Below are positions 1 to 11,484 of a stretch of DNA of 64,000 bases, piece after piece (position 1 is the stretch's first letter; every line of letters starts with the position of its first letter). Both the position numbers and the translations under genes were made by a program. The notes beneath the pieces were generated by a model. It was given only the letters and a program-made list of their open reading frames with translations, made no database searches and was not told the DNA's origin. The stretch lies in the sequence record MF498773.1; one strand, written 5' to 3'.

Positions 1-26
1 AATTGATTGTAGAGCTTCCTATGAGG

Positions 27-131
27 TAGTATCACCTGAAATCAAAATATAAAATCTCTATAAGTATTTATATAGAAGATCTATAATTAGAGAGCGAAGC
101 GAACCGCCGAAGGCGTACTCACTACGTTCGT
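27..131. repeat. Non-coding hairpin element, copy 1 (AT-rich stem-loop plus GC mini-hairpin module)
   Basis: tagtatcacctgaaatcaaa...tataagtatttatatagaagatctataattaga is nearly identical to 42190-42254; it is followed by GCGAAGC and CCGAAGG mini-hairpins. Confidence 0.85.
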
Positions 132-147
132 ATTTTAAGGAGTAAAA

Positions 148-528
148 ATGTTAAATTGGTTAAAGAAAACTGATACACTAGATCTGGTTGTAGAGATCTC
201 TTATTACGATTCCATGAATTGTCTGGTGTTAATTGATACCCCAGAGATTCCTGTTACATTCACAAAAGGTTGTGACGTTAGGGAAACAATAAATTCCACA
301 ATCATCACGTTTGCAAAAAACGATAATAAGATCCAAAGTGCATTTAAAGATATTCGTGTTCCTTCATTTGTTCGTAGTGGTTGGTTGGACAATTATAGAC
401 AAATCCATGATGGAAATTTCGAAAAAGTAAAATCAAATCGTAAATTTTGGAATCATACCATTATCGATGTATCCGGTGCAAAAACACGGTGGGGTAAAGA
501 TATTCAAAGGTCTATTAAGGGGAAATGA
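148..528 (+). CDS. Hypothetical protein (126 aa)
   Basis: AAGGAG RBS before ATG; stop overlaps the next start. Confidence 0.8.
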   Translation: MLNWLKKTDTLDLVVEISYYDSMNCLVLIDTPEIPVTFTKGCDVRETINSTIITFAKNDNKIQSAFKDIRVPSFVRSGWLDNYRQIHDGNFEKVKSNRKFWNHTIIDVSGAKTRWGKDIQRSIKGK

Positions 529-1004
529 TGGCTCGTGAGATTGAAAGGAAATGGGTGGTTGATAGACCTATGATCCCATGGTATGCGATTGATATGTTCG
601 AGGAAGAACTTGAACATCAAGAGCAATGGTATATTGACGGTGTTCGTTATCGTCATTGTGAGGACTACTATGGTAGTCATTGGTATATAAAAACTATCAA
701 AACCGGTTTCGGGCTAGATCGCGAAGAAATAGAAACTGATATGGGACATGATGAGTTTTGGGAAATCATCAATGGTCAAAATAGTAAACCAGTTCGGAAG
801 ACCAGATATAAGATCCCATGTGAAGATGTAACGATTGAGGTTGATCTGATGGAAGATTTCTCATGTGTGTATGCGGAAATCGAGTTTAATAGTGTGGAAG
901 AAGCATTAGCTTTTGATAAAATTCCATACTGGTTTAAGGAAGAGGTTACTAATGATACTAACCATTCCATGTATGCATATTTTATGAGGTATAACGATGA
1001 GTAG
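525..1004 (+). CDS. CYTH-domain triphosphatase / adenylate cyclase-like protein
   Basis: N-terminal EIERK (ExExK), then KTG-REEIE, KTRYKI, EVD, AEIEF and PYWF-EEVTND motifs typical of CYTH enzymes. Confidence 0.85.
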   Translation: MMAREIERKWVVDRPMIPWYAIDMFEEELEHQEQWYIDGVRYRHCEDYYGSHWYIKTIKTGFGLDREEIETDMGHDEFWEIINGQNSKPVRKTRYKIPCEDVTIEVDLMEDFSCVYAEIEFNSVEEALAFDKIPYWFKEEVTNDTNHSMYAYFMRYNDE

Positions 1005-1847
1005 TATGGAATTTGTGAAGTGTAAGATAATCACAACTGGGTTGGGAGTGGAGTCGTTTCTTGAAGCAAACATTCCTAATTGGAGGGATGAAAGCGTTGA
1101 CCCACGGGATGCATTTTATGAGCTGGTAACAGAAAAAGAATTCATGATCTTAAACGATACAGTGTATCGCGTTATTTCTTATAAAGAACTAGACCCATGT
1201 GGTTATACTGACGTTGAGTGTAATGTAGATGGAACCATTGATTGTATTTCCTTGTGGTATAACGGTGGTGGATGTCTTTCCGAAACTATTGAAGGTGCTA
1301 TGAAATGAAAGTAGAAAAAAGTATTTTACGAGAGATGTGTTGGGATGATTGTCCGGAAGGGTGGGAAGTTCTGGATAATGAAGTGACTGGTTCCGGACGC
1401 TGGTCTGAGTACCATACAATGGTGTTTCGTATGCTTGGCGACGACCGTTATTGGGCTGTTAATTATAGTGTTGGTCTTACAGAAATGCAGGATGAACGTC
1501 CATTCGAAAGTGAACCTGATATGGTTGAAGTATTCGAAGTAAAACCAGTAGAAAAAGTCATCATTGAATATGTGCGGGTGTAAAATGAAACGTGTTTCTC
1601 TTAAGGACCCATTAGGTCATGATTTCATTATGTCCGCATACCCTTGCATTGAAACAATGAACATGAACATTAATATTGTTCGTTGGTTTTTCAATAATAA
1701 AAATTCTAAATTTGTTGATAAAGATCCACACCAAACAAACCCACAAGGGTATATCTTTTACGAAGGTAACGATCAAGGTCCATTCCTATATCCTTTCTCT
1801 CTGTGTGTATATGATTGGGAACTAGAAAAATTCTTTGACGTTTTTTG

Positions 1848-1882
1848 TTGACAACGGATTGGGGCTTATGAGACACTAGCCC
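1848..1882 (+). promoter_or_regulatory. Sigma70-type early promoter overlapped by a stem-loop
   Basis: TTGACA-18nt-GACACT with TG upstream of the -10; ggggct/agcccc inverted repeat spans the -10. Confidence 0.65.
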
Positions 1883-3267
1883 CGTCAAAACAAAGGAGAC
1901 AAATATGAAAGATATTCTTGATTATCCAGTTGGAACTCCCGGTAGTGAAGTTGAAAAGCATATGTTGGTTGCTCATGAACGTCGTTGTATGGAAACCATC
2001 GAAATTTCTTTTGGTGATGAGTCGTCATTTTACGACTATATCAGTGGTAAGAAGCCAGAAGATTGGGCCGAAGATTTCCGCAATCGTTACGAAGAAGTAA
2101 CCGGTTTTTCTTTCCCTCGTAATATTAGGTTTGGAGAATAAGAATGAAGAATTATCCGCATTTCCGTGGTTCTGTTTTTGATGTGTTCTGTAAGAAAACC
2201 GCTATGTATCCACCATCAGAAATTTTCGCGGGGTTAGTAAATCCAACAGGCCAACAGAAAAAGGCCGAAGTTCGTATCGCGACTATTTGTGAAGAATTAT
2301 ATGCACTGGAAGTTGGTGTGCTTCGGGATCTTCGTACGGTTATGAACGAAGTTCTTGTAATGGAACAGTTCCACAAAAATATTAAGTCAATCGTCTTCGT
2401 TGAAAAAACCGCAGAACTCCAAGCACATGTAAAGTATGCAATGGAACGTCTGAGTGGTATGATGAAGAAAGACCCTATTCTGAAAGACTACTTCGATTGG
2501 GGGTTGACCAAAGAAGAAATCAATAGTACAATCTTCAACATGGTAAACGAAATTGTTGATGATATTGAAGCCAAGGATATTGCCAAAGCACAAACTCCGG
2601 TAATCGTGGCAGAATATAACCGCATTAAAGGGGTAAAGAAATGAGCGATATCATTTTTGAAGATTATCAATCCGGTGGGTGTTCCGTAGAAGAGATAAAA
2701 GTGAAAAATCTCCAACGTATTGAGATTAGTTATGACGGAGGTCGTTTATCTGTTTACATCGATGGAGTCAAAGCGTATGGTAACATGTGTAGTGGCGATG
2801 ATTTCCATCTAACAATTAATCCGAGGTATTGATATGCGTTATGAAGATCTAAATGAAATGTGTGGTGGTGCAGTTGCTTGTGTGGAAACATACACATTTG
2901 GCAAAAACTATGTTATCTGGGATGTTTGTGGATATGACAATGTGTATCACAAAGTTAAAGTACCACTCCAAAAGGTTACACGCGAACAGGCACTAGAACT
3001 GTTGGATTACTACGATCCAGAACGGATTGCTAACTATGAATTGGAAATGGAACTCCACCGATACCACATAGGAATCTTTATCGACCACGACAAATATTCT
3101 GCTTGTAACTCTAAGTTTTCAGAACACACTGACGATGTAGAAGACTGGTCTACGCTACCATCACCCGTAACTCTGATGAAGCGCATTCAATGTGAAGAGT
3201 TGAGGTCTGAGATTATTGATCTTGAACTCAAGATCGAAAAAATTCAGGCAAGTATGTAATAAACAAG

Positions 3268-3296
3268 TTGACATCAAAATGATGGTATGAGATAGT
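3268..3296 (+). promoter_or_regulatory. Sigma70-type early promoter with extended -10
   Basis: TTGACA-17nt-GATAGT with TGa directly upstream (TATGAGATAGT), intergenic. Confidence 0.7.
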
Positions 3297-6200
3297 ATCC
3301 ATACAACGAAATCAATCCTAATGAGGAATTTATTATGAATATTAAAATCACTAATTCTGGATTCTCTACTGTTGGTATGTTCGGTCAAAACCATCGTTTG
3401 ATTGAGATTGATGGAACACCTTTGTTTTATACTTGCACCGCATTCTCCCCGAATGACCATCGGATTTTTGTCCTAAAGTCGGATCGTCAACTGTGTCATT
3501 TTGTTCCTCGTGGTGTAGTCGTTGATGAAGAGTTTGTTTTTAATAACATCGATAAGTTGATGGAAGAATCGGAGTCACACAATAATGTGTATATTTATTG
3601 TGTGACAACCACCGGAATGATTGTTCGTCCTGTTAAAGAGTCTTTTTCGTGGGGAGCACCCAGTTACAAAGGTGGTTATTCTTCTGATGTATTTGATATG
3701 GAATCTGATTTGTTTTCTAACATTATGAAACATGTCATTGAAGATGATAATATCAATCACTTCTATTTTGTTGATGCGGTTACTGGTCAGGAGATCAATT
3801 AATGTTCAAATCACTATTTTGTAAACATGATATGAAGGTTATCTTTGAATATACTTCTGAAAGTCCAGCAGAACAAATTTCTAGATTGACCGAACTCTTG
3901 GAACGACCAAAAAATGTAGAATCCCTTCTAAAAATGACACAAAAAGAACAAATTGTTATTGTGTGTTGTAAAGAATGTGGTAAAATGAAGACTGTTAAGA
4001 CAAAATTTAATCAAGGATAATCCCATGTTTAAGAAAACTACCAAAACCGATAAATCTGTTGCTATCTCCAAACGTATTAGCCTCATCAAAACCCACGTCA
4101 CCAACACAATGGAACTGTTTGACTTCCTGAGTGGTGTTATCAATAAAAATATTCTGGTTGGTGGTAAATCCGTCCAGTCTATTCTGGGGCCGTTGTACTA
4201 CCCGTGTGCAAACAAAGCAGAACGAAACCAATATGTGTTTTCTCGTTTTGCCAATTGTACTTTAATTCGAGAAAAATATGGTGTGCGGATCACAACCAAG
4301 AACAAATATATCGCCAAAGATGTTGCAGATCTTCTTGGTCAGGTATTTAAAGTATCAACCATCAACGTTGGTGATTTAATTACCTTTGTTGTGAAGGTTG
4401 GCAAACCGTCAGGTAATGCGTCGTTCACCAAAAATGAACCGGCAATTCAAGAAGCAAAAGATAAACTGTTTGAGATCAGTTGTAAGCTTCGTGAACTTGA
4501 CGAAGAACAAAAAAATCTAGATATCCGGTTGAGAGAAGTTAGTGATCTGTCTCGCCGTAATCGGACTACGTATCACAGTTTTCAACAAGAAGCATACAAG
4601 ATCCGAACCGAAGCAAAAAATAAATATGATGTAACCATCTAAGGGATATATCATGAGTCTAAAAACTATAAACCAATCCCAGTTAGAAAGGGCTATCGAA
4701 AACTATACCAAAATCATGTCTATGGTGAAAGATGCCGTTGATATCCGGGTCAATCTCAGAATGAATGAAACTATGGTGGTTGGGTGGATTTTCAAGCGTC
4801 GTGTCAATACATGCCAATATTTTCAAGATAACAGCTTTGCTGGTGGATTCTATACCGAGAAATATATCCGTGCCGAGGTAACAAAAAATCTATTACGAAA
4901 AATTGGTATTCTTCATATCGAGAAAGTATCTCTGTATCAGAGTATGGTAGTTATCGATGGCGCAGATCCTTTCATCCAAGCCGATGAAGAAATGTGCAAC
5001 TTCATCGATTTGATGATAGTGAAAACGCCATTGGTTGTTGAAAAGATTATTGCAAACTACCACGATTTGTATAGGACTAGACACGAATGAAAAAATTCAC
5101 CATCCTGTTCTGGATTTACACATTCTTAGTTTTCGGGTATATTGTTGAAGGTCCGGAAATAAAATATGTTGATATTCCAGCTACATTAGAAGAGTGTTAT
5201 TACGAACCAGAGCACACACAAAAGGGTATGCTTGTATGCGACTTTGATATCAGTGGATTCAGTAATTACGAGTCTGATAAGCTTATTGCTGAGTATGGTA
5301 AGTACATTACCAAGGAATATCCAAGACAAGAGGTTCGTAAAAAAGTTGATATGAAGGGTCATCAGTTCTTGATCAACGTAGAGACTTTGGAGACCAAAAA
5401 GTTTTTGGAAAATCTTGGGATAGCTGTAATCTTATGGTGTCTTGGTATTCTAATAGTCGTTGTTCGATTTATAGGTAATATGATTTATGGAGATTGTTAT
5501 TATGAAACTAGTTTCTCATAATAAAGTATGCCCTACTTTCGGGGTTGATTTCCATGGGGTTAAGTTGACTTTACCCATGAAATACCTTTATGGTTTTCTG
5601 GCTATGAATTATGATGGAACCGTTGTGGCTTACATACATCCCCCGTTATTCAATAACGGGTATTGGTCTGATACATATCCACACCGTGATGATATTTATG
5701 TTGCAAAAGTAGAGACGGATATCCATCCAAGTAAAACACTGGTATGTATTAGTGACAACCGTGTTAAAAAATATATGGAATAGGAAAATGAAACTGATTG
5801 TTAAAGAAGCCCATAAAGAAGATGGGATGACTGTAGGGCCTTACCAATGGATTGAGAAAACTGATGGTACTCTTTACGCTTGGCGCTTCCATCGAGTGAT
5901 GTCCATCGAGCTGTATGATCGTATGGTCAATGAATTGCTTGATGGCAAACCGCCGGTTGGTGATTCTAAAGATCTGGCAGCCCGTAAGTATCTCAAGTTC
6001 GGTATTATTACCGACCCGTCCACTTTACCAAGCGAAAACAAGGACACACAATGATGTCAAAAGATGAAGCTATGGAAAAGGCATTTTATGAGTTGTTGGA
6101 GATGGATGATGAGTATTTTGAACTACGTCTAAAAGAAACCATCGCACAGGGTGGAGTCTTTCAGAAAATGGCAGAAGATGGGTTTGTTCCATCCTTAGTT

Positions 6201-6686
6201 TCTGAGAAGGATGATCCGCATGTCTTTTAAAGTGGCGAACCATTATGAATTAGAGGAAGGTCGAGAGTATTTATTTAAGGATTCTCGTGGGTGTTTCTTT
6301 CTTGGTATTTATTATGATTTTGATGTAAATGGGTTTTATACGGATTCTCATGATTTCATAGAGATGGGTCGAGTTTGCGTTGTGTGGGAACTACCAAATG
6401 AAAATAGTTGATACTATGCCCCAAAATGGTGCATTCGTTATGGTATTGGAATGGGATGACGAACTACACAGTGATAGTTTCAAATATATTGACAACGTTC
6501 TTCATGTATGGGATATTCCAGATATGGATACGTCACTTTCCGAATGGATTGAAGTAAACCTCAGTGATTATTATCATCGTTGTGTGTTTGAAGAATGTAA
6601 TGTAAAATATATTGTAAAGTGAAAAAGAAAATAGCCAATAGGATGTTCCGACTGGGCTTTACCTAAACTAAGTGAGGAAATGAAAG

Positions 6687-7421
6687 ATGTTTGATAAAAT
6701 TGTTAAATTTGTTAATGAACTGGCTGAAAGTGGTTTCGTAAACAAGATTGGAAAAGACGAATATAGTTTGGTGATGAATAACTTCTATAATAATCCGGCT
6801 TCTCCTTTGTATCTCGAACAGGTAAAAGAATACCCAGCAAAACTTCTCATGTTTCCAGTTGGTAAACAATATTCTAAAATCACCAGTTGTAAAGGTCGAT
6901 TGATTGAAGGTGGTAAAGAAAACAAGATCTGGGAATCTAGTTATCGCCACATGTTCAATCAGATTCTCAGTAAACATTATGGTGATGAAATTGTGTACGG
7001 TATGAAAATCAAGGATGTCATTGATACCCTTAATGAAGTACGCGAGCATATGCGGGGCGTATATGGGGTAGAAATCATTTCCCGTATTGTAGTGAATTCA
7101 TTCTTTACCGCAGTTTACAAAAATACAAATATTATTGATGGACGGTTCGACGGTTATGTTAAAGATATGTTTGATAGTACAATCACATCGATTGTAGAAG
7201 CTGGGGGATATCCAATCTTCTGTGAGTTGGATAAGTTCATCTACGTATCTCCAAACGTCGTTAAGTTCGAAAATAGCACCCATGACGACAGGCTGAAAAA
7301 TATTATGGTTATTGACGGTTATACTTACGTAGCTGATGTAGATCAAAAGAAGAGTAAACGAGTTCGTCCGGTGGATGTGGATAATCCCAAACATCTTCGT
7401 TACTTTAACAATTTGAAATAG
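6687..7421 (+). CDS. Hypothetical protein resembling a degenerate family-B DNA polymerase fingers/palm
   Basis: IKDVIDTLNEVREHMR...SRIVVNSFF resembles motif B; EAGGYPIFCELDKFIYV occupies the motif C (YGDTDS) position; catalytic residues are not conserved. Confidence 0.4.
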   Translation: MFDKIVKFVNELAESGFVNKIGKDEYSLVMNNFYNNPASPLYLEQVKEYPAKLLMFPVGKQYSKITSCKGRLIEGGKENKIWESSYRHMFNQILSKHYGDEIVYGMKIKDVIDTLNEVREHMRGVYGVEIISRIVVNSFFTAVYKNTNIIDGRFDGYVKDMFDSTITSIVEAGGYPIFCELDKFIYVSPNVVKFENSTHDDRLKNIMVIDGYTYVADVDQKKSKRVRPVDVDNPKHLRYFNNLK

Positions 7422-7466
7422 TTGACTTCATAATCCAAAGCCTGTATCTTAGCTGATATAGGCTTT
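7422..7466 (+). promoter_or_regulatory. Promoter/stem-loop cassette
   Basis: TTGACT followed by the inverted repeat aaagcctgtatc / gatataggcttt, then a T run. Confidence 0.6.
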
Positions 7467-7488
7467 TGTTGTTTCTGAGGAATAGATT

Positions 7489-9051
7489 ATGTGTGGTCAG
7501 TACCCTGTAGATGATTTCATTGGACAAACTTTTCCTACTCCGAAAGGTGGGGTGTTGACTGTTGTTGGTGACAATGGGTTGAAGGGTAGTAAAAAGATGT
7601 ACAAACTATCATGCTCAATATGCTCCCGCGATTTAGAATTGTTCCCCCATCTGTTTGAAAGTAGAAAAGGAAACCTAAACAAGAAACAAATACCGTGTGG
7701 ATGTTCTTCTAGAAAAAGATACACAGAAAAACAAAATATTATTTTGATCAACAGAATATTACCGACTGTTGGTTTGTATGGTCATAAATGTGAAGGTTCG
7801 ACTGGTGTTATTGTCGGTGGTAACGAAATATTTTCAATATATTGTCCAATACATTCCCATGATAAAGAATTATACCCCAATCCTTTTACAACAACAAAAG
7901 GCCATTTAATGTCTGGACGGATTCCATGTGGGTGTTCCAATAGGGCAAAAACTAAGACAGAAGAACAGGATATAGTATTAATAAATCGGATTTTAAAAAA
8001 GAATACAGCATTAAAAACTCACAAATGTTTAGGTTATGCAGATAACAAACTACATTTTAAGATATACTGTTCGGTTTGTAATAGTGACGAAGATTTATAC
8101 CCAGAGCCGTTTACAACAACAAAGTATCAATTAGAAATGGGTTATATCCCTTGTGGATGTGCAAAAAATCATAAGTATGAAAAATTCCAAATTTGTATTC
8201 TTGTGGAACGTCACTTAACAGAAAACGAAAAATATAAAGGTCATAGATTTGGGGGTATTCTCGACGGATATAAAAACATACAATCTAAAGTAAAATTGTG
8301 GTGTCCTCATCACGGATACTATAATATTAGGTTTTCTGACTTAATTCATGGTGGTAAGGGGTGCTCTAGTTGTGGAGTGGAATCAACCAAAGATAAACTG
8401 AAAGAACAAGACCCAGTTGGCAAGATTCTATCTGTTTTAAAAACTGAAAAATTTGAAGGTCATGAATTTGAGGGTCTACCAAATGGATATAAAAACGCAC
8501 AATCTAAAGTAAAATTGTGGTGTCCTCATCACGGATATTATCAGATTTCTTATAATGACCTTGTTCATGGTGATCGTGGTTGTCCTTCTTGTGCGGAATA
8601 TGGATATAGACCAGTGAAACCCGGATACCTTTACGTAACCAACTGGACAAACTACGATAAAGATACAAACGAGTTTTTCAAAATAGGTATCACAAACTTC
8701 TTAGATCAACGTATCAAACAACAAGCTCGTAAAACGTCGTACAAGCCTCACCAGCTAATTGTATTCAAGTTCGAGGACGGTTCTATCCCACAAGAACTGG
8801 AACGTCTCACAAAGCCATACAGACAGGATATGGAGCATCCTATCATCACACCCGACGAGTTTGCTGATGGTACGACAGAAATCCTTCAAAACTGGATTGA
8901 TATTATTAAAATTCTCCCAGAACTGATTGACACGATCAGGGAGAAAGGATACACTCCTGAAATAGAAGTTGGTAAACGACTTTACAACAAGTTGATTAAG
9001 CTTGACAAAGACCAAATGGCTAAGGTAATCTTAGATCATCTTTATAAATGA
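7489..9051 (+). CDS. Free-standing homing endonuclease-like protein (Zn-binding repeats plus C-terminal GIY-YIG/T5orf172-like nuclease)
   Basis: Three CxxC...IPCGC repeats, two KVKLWCPHHGYY...GCxxC repeats, and C-terminal YLYVT...FFKIGIT...RIKQ. Confidence 0.75.
   Translation: MCGQYPVDDFIGQTFPTPKGGVLTVVGDNGLKGSKKMYKLSCSICSRDLELFPHLFESRKGNLNKKQIPCGCSSRKRYTEKQNIILINRILPTVGLYGHKCEGSTGVIVGGNEIFSIYCPIHSHDKELYPNPFTTTKGHLMSGRIPCGCSNRAKTKTEEQDIVLINRILKKNTALKTHKCLGYADNKLHFKIYCSVCNSDEDLYPEPFTTTKYQLEMGYIPCGCAKNHKYEKFQICILVERHLTENEKYKGHRFGGILDGYKNIQSKVKLWCPHHGYYNIRFSDLIHGGKGCSSCGVESTKDKLKEQDPVGKILSVLKTEKFEGHEFEGLPNGYKNAQSKVKLWCPHHGYYQISYNDLVHGDRGCPSCAEYGYRPVKPGYLYVTNWTNYDKDTNEFFKIGITNFLDQRIKQQARKTSYKPHQLIVFKFEDGSIPQELERLTKPYRQDMEHPIITPDEFADGTTEILQNWIDIIKILPELIDTIREKGYTPEIEVGKRLYNKLIKLDKDQMAKVILDHLYK
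8266..8541 (+). repeat. Internal duplication (~57 bp) in the endonuclease gene
   Basis: ggatataaaaac..acaatctaaagtaaaattgtggtgtcctcatcacggata at 8266-8322 and 8485-8541. Confidence 0.9.
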
Positions 9052-9061
9052 GAATCAGAAA

Positions 9062-9619
9062 ATGAAATATGAACTTGGTAAGAAATATAAAATCGTGTAC
9101 ATTCATGCAGATGCATCAGATGAATTCGGCGTATCTACCGGTGATGTGATTGAATGTCATTACATCGACGATCAAAATGGTTATTTGTGGACTCGCGACG
9201 TTTATTGTTATGGTAAACAGGTAAATCCTTATTATGAACATGGTGCATGGTGTTTCGCTGCTCCATCAGATCCAGAAATTATTTTGGAAGAATATGAACC
9301 AGAACCAAGCTTGTCAACCATCTTCACTACCTCGGTTGAACTTGGTCGGGTTGATACTTCAAAAAAGCGATCTTATGATTACGTTCTCTCCAAATGTATG
9401 GAAGAACTCGGGGAACTGTCTTTGGAGGTGCAGATCGAAAACGGTTTGTCTTACAAGGAACCGGGTAAGGATGGTATTCGCGGTGAAGCTGTAGATCTGG
9501 CTATTGCTGCTATGGATATGTTCGCTCTTGCCTGTGGTGATATGAACAAGCAAGCTATCGAAAATCTTTTCCTTTCTACTATGGAAAAGAAAATTGTAAA
9601 ATGGAAAGAGAAGGCTTAA
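9062..9619 (+). CDS. MazG-like nucleotide pyrophosphohydrolase with an extra N-terminal domain
   Basis: KCMEELGELSLEV...GEAVDLAIAAMD matches the MazG EExxE...ExxD metal-binding pattern. Confidence 0.75.
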   Translation: MKYELGKKYKIVYIHADASDEFGVSTGDVIECHYIDDQNGYLWTRDVYCYGKQVNPYYEHGAWCFAAPSDPEIILEEYEPEPSLSTIFTTSVELGRVDTSKKRSYDYVLSKCMEELGELSLEVQIENGLSYKEPGKDGIRGEAVDLAIAAMDMFALACGDMNKQAIENLFLSTMEKKIVKWKEKA

Positions 9620-9620
9620 A

Positions 9621-10644
9621 ATGGCAAAGAAAGAGATCGTTGAAACTCGTTGTGGTATTGACTTTTACCTGAGTAAGTTTAACGAAAAGTGTTCCACCAG
9701 AAAAGAAATTATGACATGTGAACGAGATTGGATAGGTTGTTACTTTCCAAAGAAATACAAATATGTTGTTATGGATTCCGATGGATTGTTCTACGCATAT
9801 TCCAAAAAGCCGGTTCTTAAACAATACTCGTGTGGTCTTGGGTGGGGAGTAGACTCAGTACAAGGCACAGGTCATGATAATGTTGAGGTATGGTTTAATG
9901 ATAGCGATTTCGGTTGGAAACCATGGTACAGTGGATATTGTAAAATCGAAGGTTAAAAATGACACCAGTCAAGTATTGCGAAGAACACCGAGCTAGGTAT
10001 TACGAATATGGGTGTCCTCAATGTAACATACGCAACGAAAGAGAAAACCGGGTCATAAGAGAGATGTCCATCAAGAAAACAAAGAATGGACTAACATGGC
10101 CGTTGAGTAAATCGGAAAAGAAGGTTTAAAATGAATCAATATTTTGAAGTGGTAAGTAATGACCCGCTGTTTGTTCTGTTGAAAGAGTCTGACGAAGCAA
10201 ATAAAGCTTTTAAAGATAAAAGCTCAAATGAAAATTGGGAATTGTTAAATTTGGCATATAATGCAGTGGAAGAAATTCTCTATAATCGTTATCCAGATTG
10301 TTTTGGTTGGCGGGCTGTTTTATCTCCTTTTGACGAAGACCGTTTCTTGGTAAAAATTAAAGGGTAATTTCTAAAAAGGGCTTGTAATCGTTCAAGCCCT
10401 TTGATAAAATTGTATCAAAGTGAAATAAGGAAAAATTATGTTTATTTCCTCTATTGATGAAAATGAAAAGCTAGTAGTTCAATCCAAGTATGATTCGGGT
10501 GTCCATCTAGGTTTCACCGCAGGCGTCCAGAAAGATGGTGAATATACTCTGACTACTCTAGACAAAGAGCTTACCGCCCAACAGATCTCGTATCTTGAGA
10601 TGATGTTGATGATGGAAATCAAAAAGATGCTAGACCCACGCTAA
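9621..10644 (+). other. Small hypothetical ORFs (9621-9956, 10131-10367, 10438-10644 and a short Cys-containing ORF near 9959)
   Basis: RBS-led + strand ORFs. Confidence 0.7.
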
Positions 10645-10918
10645 GGAAAAATTATGAAAGTCCAGTTTAAATCAGAAGAAGCTATGACTGAGTTTAAAAC
10701 GTTAGATCGCAACAACGAAGAACTAGCAAATGCATATGGTATGAGTCCCATCCCTATTGGATTTGTAGATGAAGAATGGTGGGATATCTTTAATGAGGAA
10801 GATCTGCATTTTTACACCATTAACATTTCCGACGAATCCCATTTTTTCGAAATTTTGGAAAAATAATTCAAAAACGCTTGCTCTCGGGTAAGCGTTTTGT
10901 TATTCTATTCTTGTTGAA
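10642..10918 (+). repeat. Direct repeat A: RBS + RF-family gene + terminator/promoter hairpin
   Basis: Homologous to 11482-11758 (offset 840 bp); 10828-10908 is identical to 11668-11748. Confidence 0.95.
10654..10866 (+). CDS. RF-family paralog (MKVQFKSE...)
   Basis: Shared family pattern MK(I/V)xFKSE...N..(A)..(Y/M)GMxP...E..(F/Y)FE. Confidence 0.85.
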   Translation: MKVQFKSEEAMTEFKTLDRNNEELANAYGMSPIPIGFVDEEWWDIFNEEDLHFYTINISDESHFFEILEK

Positions 10919-10941
10919 GCAAAACAGATGAGGAAAATAAC

Positions 10942-11265
10942 ATGGCAGAATTTATCACAGAAACATCTAACAAGACTCACCACAAAGTGGTTCAACTTCG
11001 CAAGGCCATTCGCAAGGTTGATACCGCAAAGATTGCTATCTTTCGGAAAACAGATTTGACTGATGCATATCGTGAGTACAACTACGCAATGTATCGTGCA
11101 GTTGAGGAAACCGGGGATCACAAAATTTATATCGACTTCAAATACAACCAACCAAAAGAGAAAATAATTGATCTGGTCGAAAAAATTTGTTCCATAGAAG
11201 ACACCAAGGTAGAATGGAATGGTTCTATGGGTAGTGCGATTGTTGTTACTTTCAAAGTAGAATAA
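10942..11265 (+). CDS. Hypothetical protein (107 aa)
   Basis: GAGG RBS; lies downstream of the cassette promoter. Confidence 0.8.
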   Translation: MAEFITETSNKTHHKVVQLRKAIRKVDTAKIAIFRKTDLTDAYREYNYAMYRAVEETGDHKIYIDFKYNQPKEKIIDLVEKICSIEDTKVEWNGSMGSAIVVTFKVE

Positions 11266-11274
11266 GGAAAAATT

Positions 11275-11484
11275 ATGAAAGTCCGTTTTGTGTCAGAAAA
11301 AGCCATGAACGAATATGGTGAAAAAGACCGTCATAACAAGCTTGTGGTAGAACGTTTTGGTATGAGCCCATTTGAGGTAGATACAGATCCAGATTGTGCT
11401 TGGTGGGACTATCTAGATGAGAATGGGGATATTGAATTCGTCTTCCCACAATTCGAACATCATTACTTTTTAACCAACATTTAA
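11275..11484 (+). CDS. RF-family paralog (MKVRFVSE...)
   Basis: Same TAAGGAAAAATTATGAAAGTCC start as its neighbours; family pattern present. Confidence 0.85.
   Translation: MKVRFVSEKAMNEYGEKDRHNKLVVERFGMSPFEVDTDPDCAWWDYLDENGDIEFVFPQFEHHYFLTNI

Larger units (their letters stand above)
997..6622 (+). other. Block of about 18 co-oriented small hypothetical phage ORFs
   Basis: Tightly packed or overlapping + strand ORFs with GGAG/GAGG RBSs (e.g. 1905, 2144, 2834, 3335, 4025, 4653, 5087); no family recognised. Confidence 0.75.
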
